The position numbers were made by a program, and so were the translations under genes. The notes below the pieces were generated by a model. The model worked only from the letters and a program-made list of their open reading frames with translations, made no database searches and was not told the origin of the DNA. From Bacteriovoracaceae bacterium (GTDB lineage: Bacteria > Bdellovibrionota > Bacteriovoracia > Bacteriovoracales > Bacteriovoracaceae), in the NCBI GenBank assembly GCA_049599895.1, contig JBMYPC010000062.1, forward strand, positions 1 to 16,860: a DNA stretch of 16,860 nucleotides, read 5' to 3'. Positions 15,947-16,860 of the stretch are shown one piece after another (positions within the stretch are counted from its first letter, which is position 1; each line of letters starts with the position of its first letter).

Positions 15947-16860
15947 ATGCTTAATTTTCGCTCTAAGGGTCTAATTTTTTTCGTATTTTTATTAGTCTCA
16001 GTCTTTTTTGCGAGGCATTTTCACGGGATCTATGAGGAAAACCAAAAAGATCAGATAGAAAAGGCCTTATTTAACTCGAATTTGAATAAAGAAACGAAAA
16101 AACTGATTAATAAGATCAATCAAATATGGCGTTCTCCGAAAATAACTGAGTATTTTGCTGCACCTGAGTTTCAATGTTCAGAGTTCAAAAAAGATCATCA
16201 AAAGATCCCTAAGTTTTACTTTGAATGCAACCCTGATTTTTTTCGATGCGCCCTCAATTACGAGATTTCAAAAAAGAGTTTATCTGGAGAGATTTTCCAA
16301 AGGAATTATTTTCAAATCCGTTCAGATGAATTGGGGTGGCGTCTTGAGCTTCCTTTAAAAGATATGTTCGTGCTTCGAATAGAAGACTCTTGTCGTGATG
16401 TTCTCATTCCCAAAGAAAAATATCTCGATAGGCCAAGGAATTATTCAAGTCAAATTGATTTCGAAATCAAAAAAGAAGTTTGGGAAGTAAAAAATGATCT
16501 ATTTCTTGATAAGTATCTTGTCACTAACAGAGACATTCGAGAATGGGCGAAATTTCAAAAAATTCCAGTGAAGGTCAAAAGCGGAGAGTGGTATCTTCCT
16601 GCACTCAATTTAAAGCAAAAACAAATGCAAGATTATTGTGCTTATCGAGGAAAGAAAGTTGCGGAGTCCCGAGTTCTCGATGCCGCGAGTTTTCTGCCTA
16701 AAAGTTTCTATGGTGATCATCAAAATGAATTTCGAGGAAAATTTCCTCAATCTCATAGTAAAGACATCAAAAAGAACTTTAAAAATGACAGCTGCTTTGG
16801 AGCATTCACCAAGGAATGCCTTGTGGACAACGAAAAAAAATATTTTGCTCATTCTCAGAT
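15947..16860 (+). CDS. Membrane-anchored protein with FGE-sulfatase/SUMF1-like domain (runs off the window; not in the ORF track)
   Basis: Frame is open from ATG 15947 to the window end. N-terminal TM segment (GLIFFVFLLVSVFFA). LFLDKYLVTNRD and MQDYCAYRGKKV resemble the FGE-sulfatase motifs. Confidence 0.7.
   Translation, partial: MLNFRSKGLIFFVFLLVSVFFARHFHGIYEENQKDQIEKALFNSNLNKETKKLINKINQIWRSPKITEYFAAPEFQCSEFKKDHQKIPKFYFECNPDFFRCALNYEISKKSLSGEIFQRNYFQIRSDELGWRLELPLKDMFVLRIEDSCRDVLIPKEKYLDRPRNYSSQIDFEIKKEVWEVKNDLFLDKYLVTNRDIREWAKFQKIPVKVKSGEWYLPALNLKQKQMQDYCAYRGKKVAESRVLDAASFLPKSFYGDHQNEFRGKFPQSHSKDIKKNFKNDSCFGAFTKECLVDNEKKYFAHSQ

Noticed and set aside
16332..16340. TGGGGTGGC, a 9-nt match to the tRNA-His 3' end
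   Set aside because: Lies inside a backbone CDS on the wrong side of the tRNA and lacks the rest of the junction motif. Consistent with chance.
228..16852. Short overlapping ORFs in the track (228-470, 649-936, 2704-2892, 4842-5144, 5119-5346, 7451-7648, 10008-10373, 13768-14855, 15621-15833, 16155-16358, 16610-16852)
   Set aside because: They overlap better-supported genes or regulatory DNA in other frames or strands and show no motifs.

Overview
Bacterial chromosome window. The gene content is suggestive of Bdellovibrionota/Bacteriovoracales, but this is an inference only. The right part (10573-16860) is ordinary backbone: tRNA-His(GTG) on the minus strand, a beta-barrel-like protein, a HAD hydrolase, a Zn-ribbon membrane protein, an RluA-family pseudouridine synthase, a PrkA-family kinase and a partial FGE-sulfatase-like gene. 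The left part (1-10572) is an island attached to the tRNA-His 3' end. One ~40-bp junction motif ending in the tRNA 3'-end core AATGGGGTG occurs three times (14-55, 2942-2982, 10534-10580), dividing the island into tandem elements. Each element begins with a paralogous small HTH + serine-recombinase-DNA-binding-domain ORF whose reading frame crosses the junction core. Element A (~2.9 kb) carries a Fic protein, a secreted HExxH peptidase and a lipoprotein, but no integrase. Element B (~7.6 kb) carries a beta-barrel/LysM/beta-barrel/Ig-repeat lipoprotein cluster, decayed backbone genes (including an ssb fragment) and a 5'-truncated large serine recombinase that runs into the tRNA end. The most notable inference is that the small HTH-RD gene is split by integration, and that excision of element B would fuse the recombinase in frame to it.
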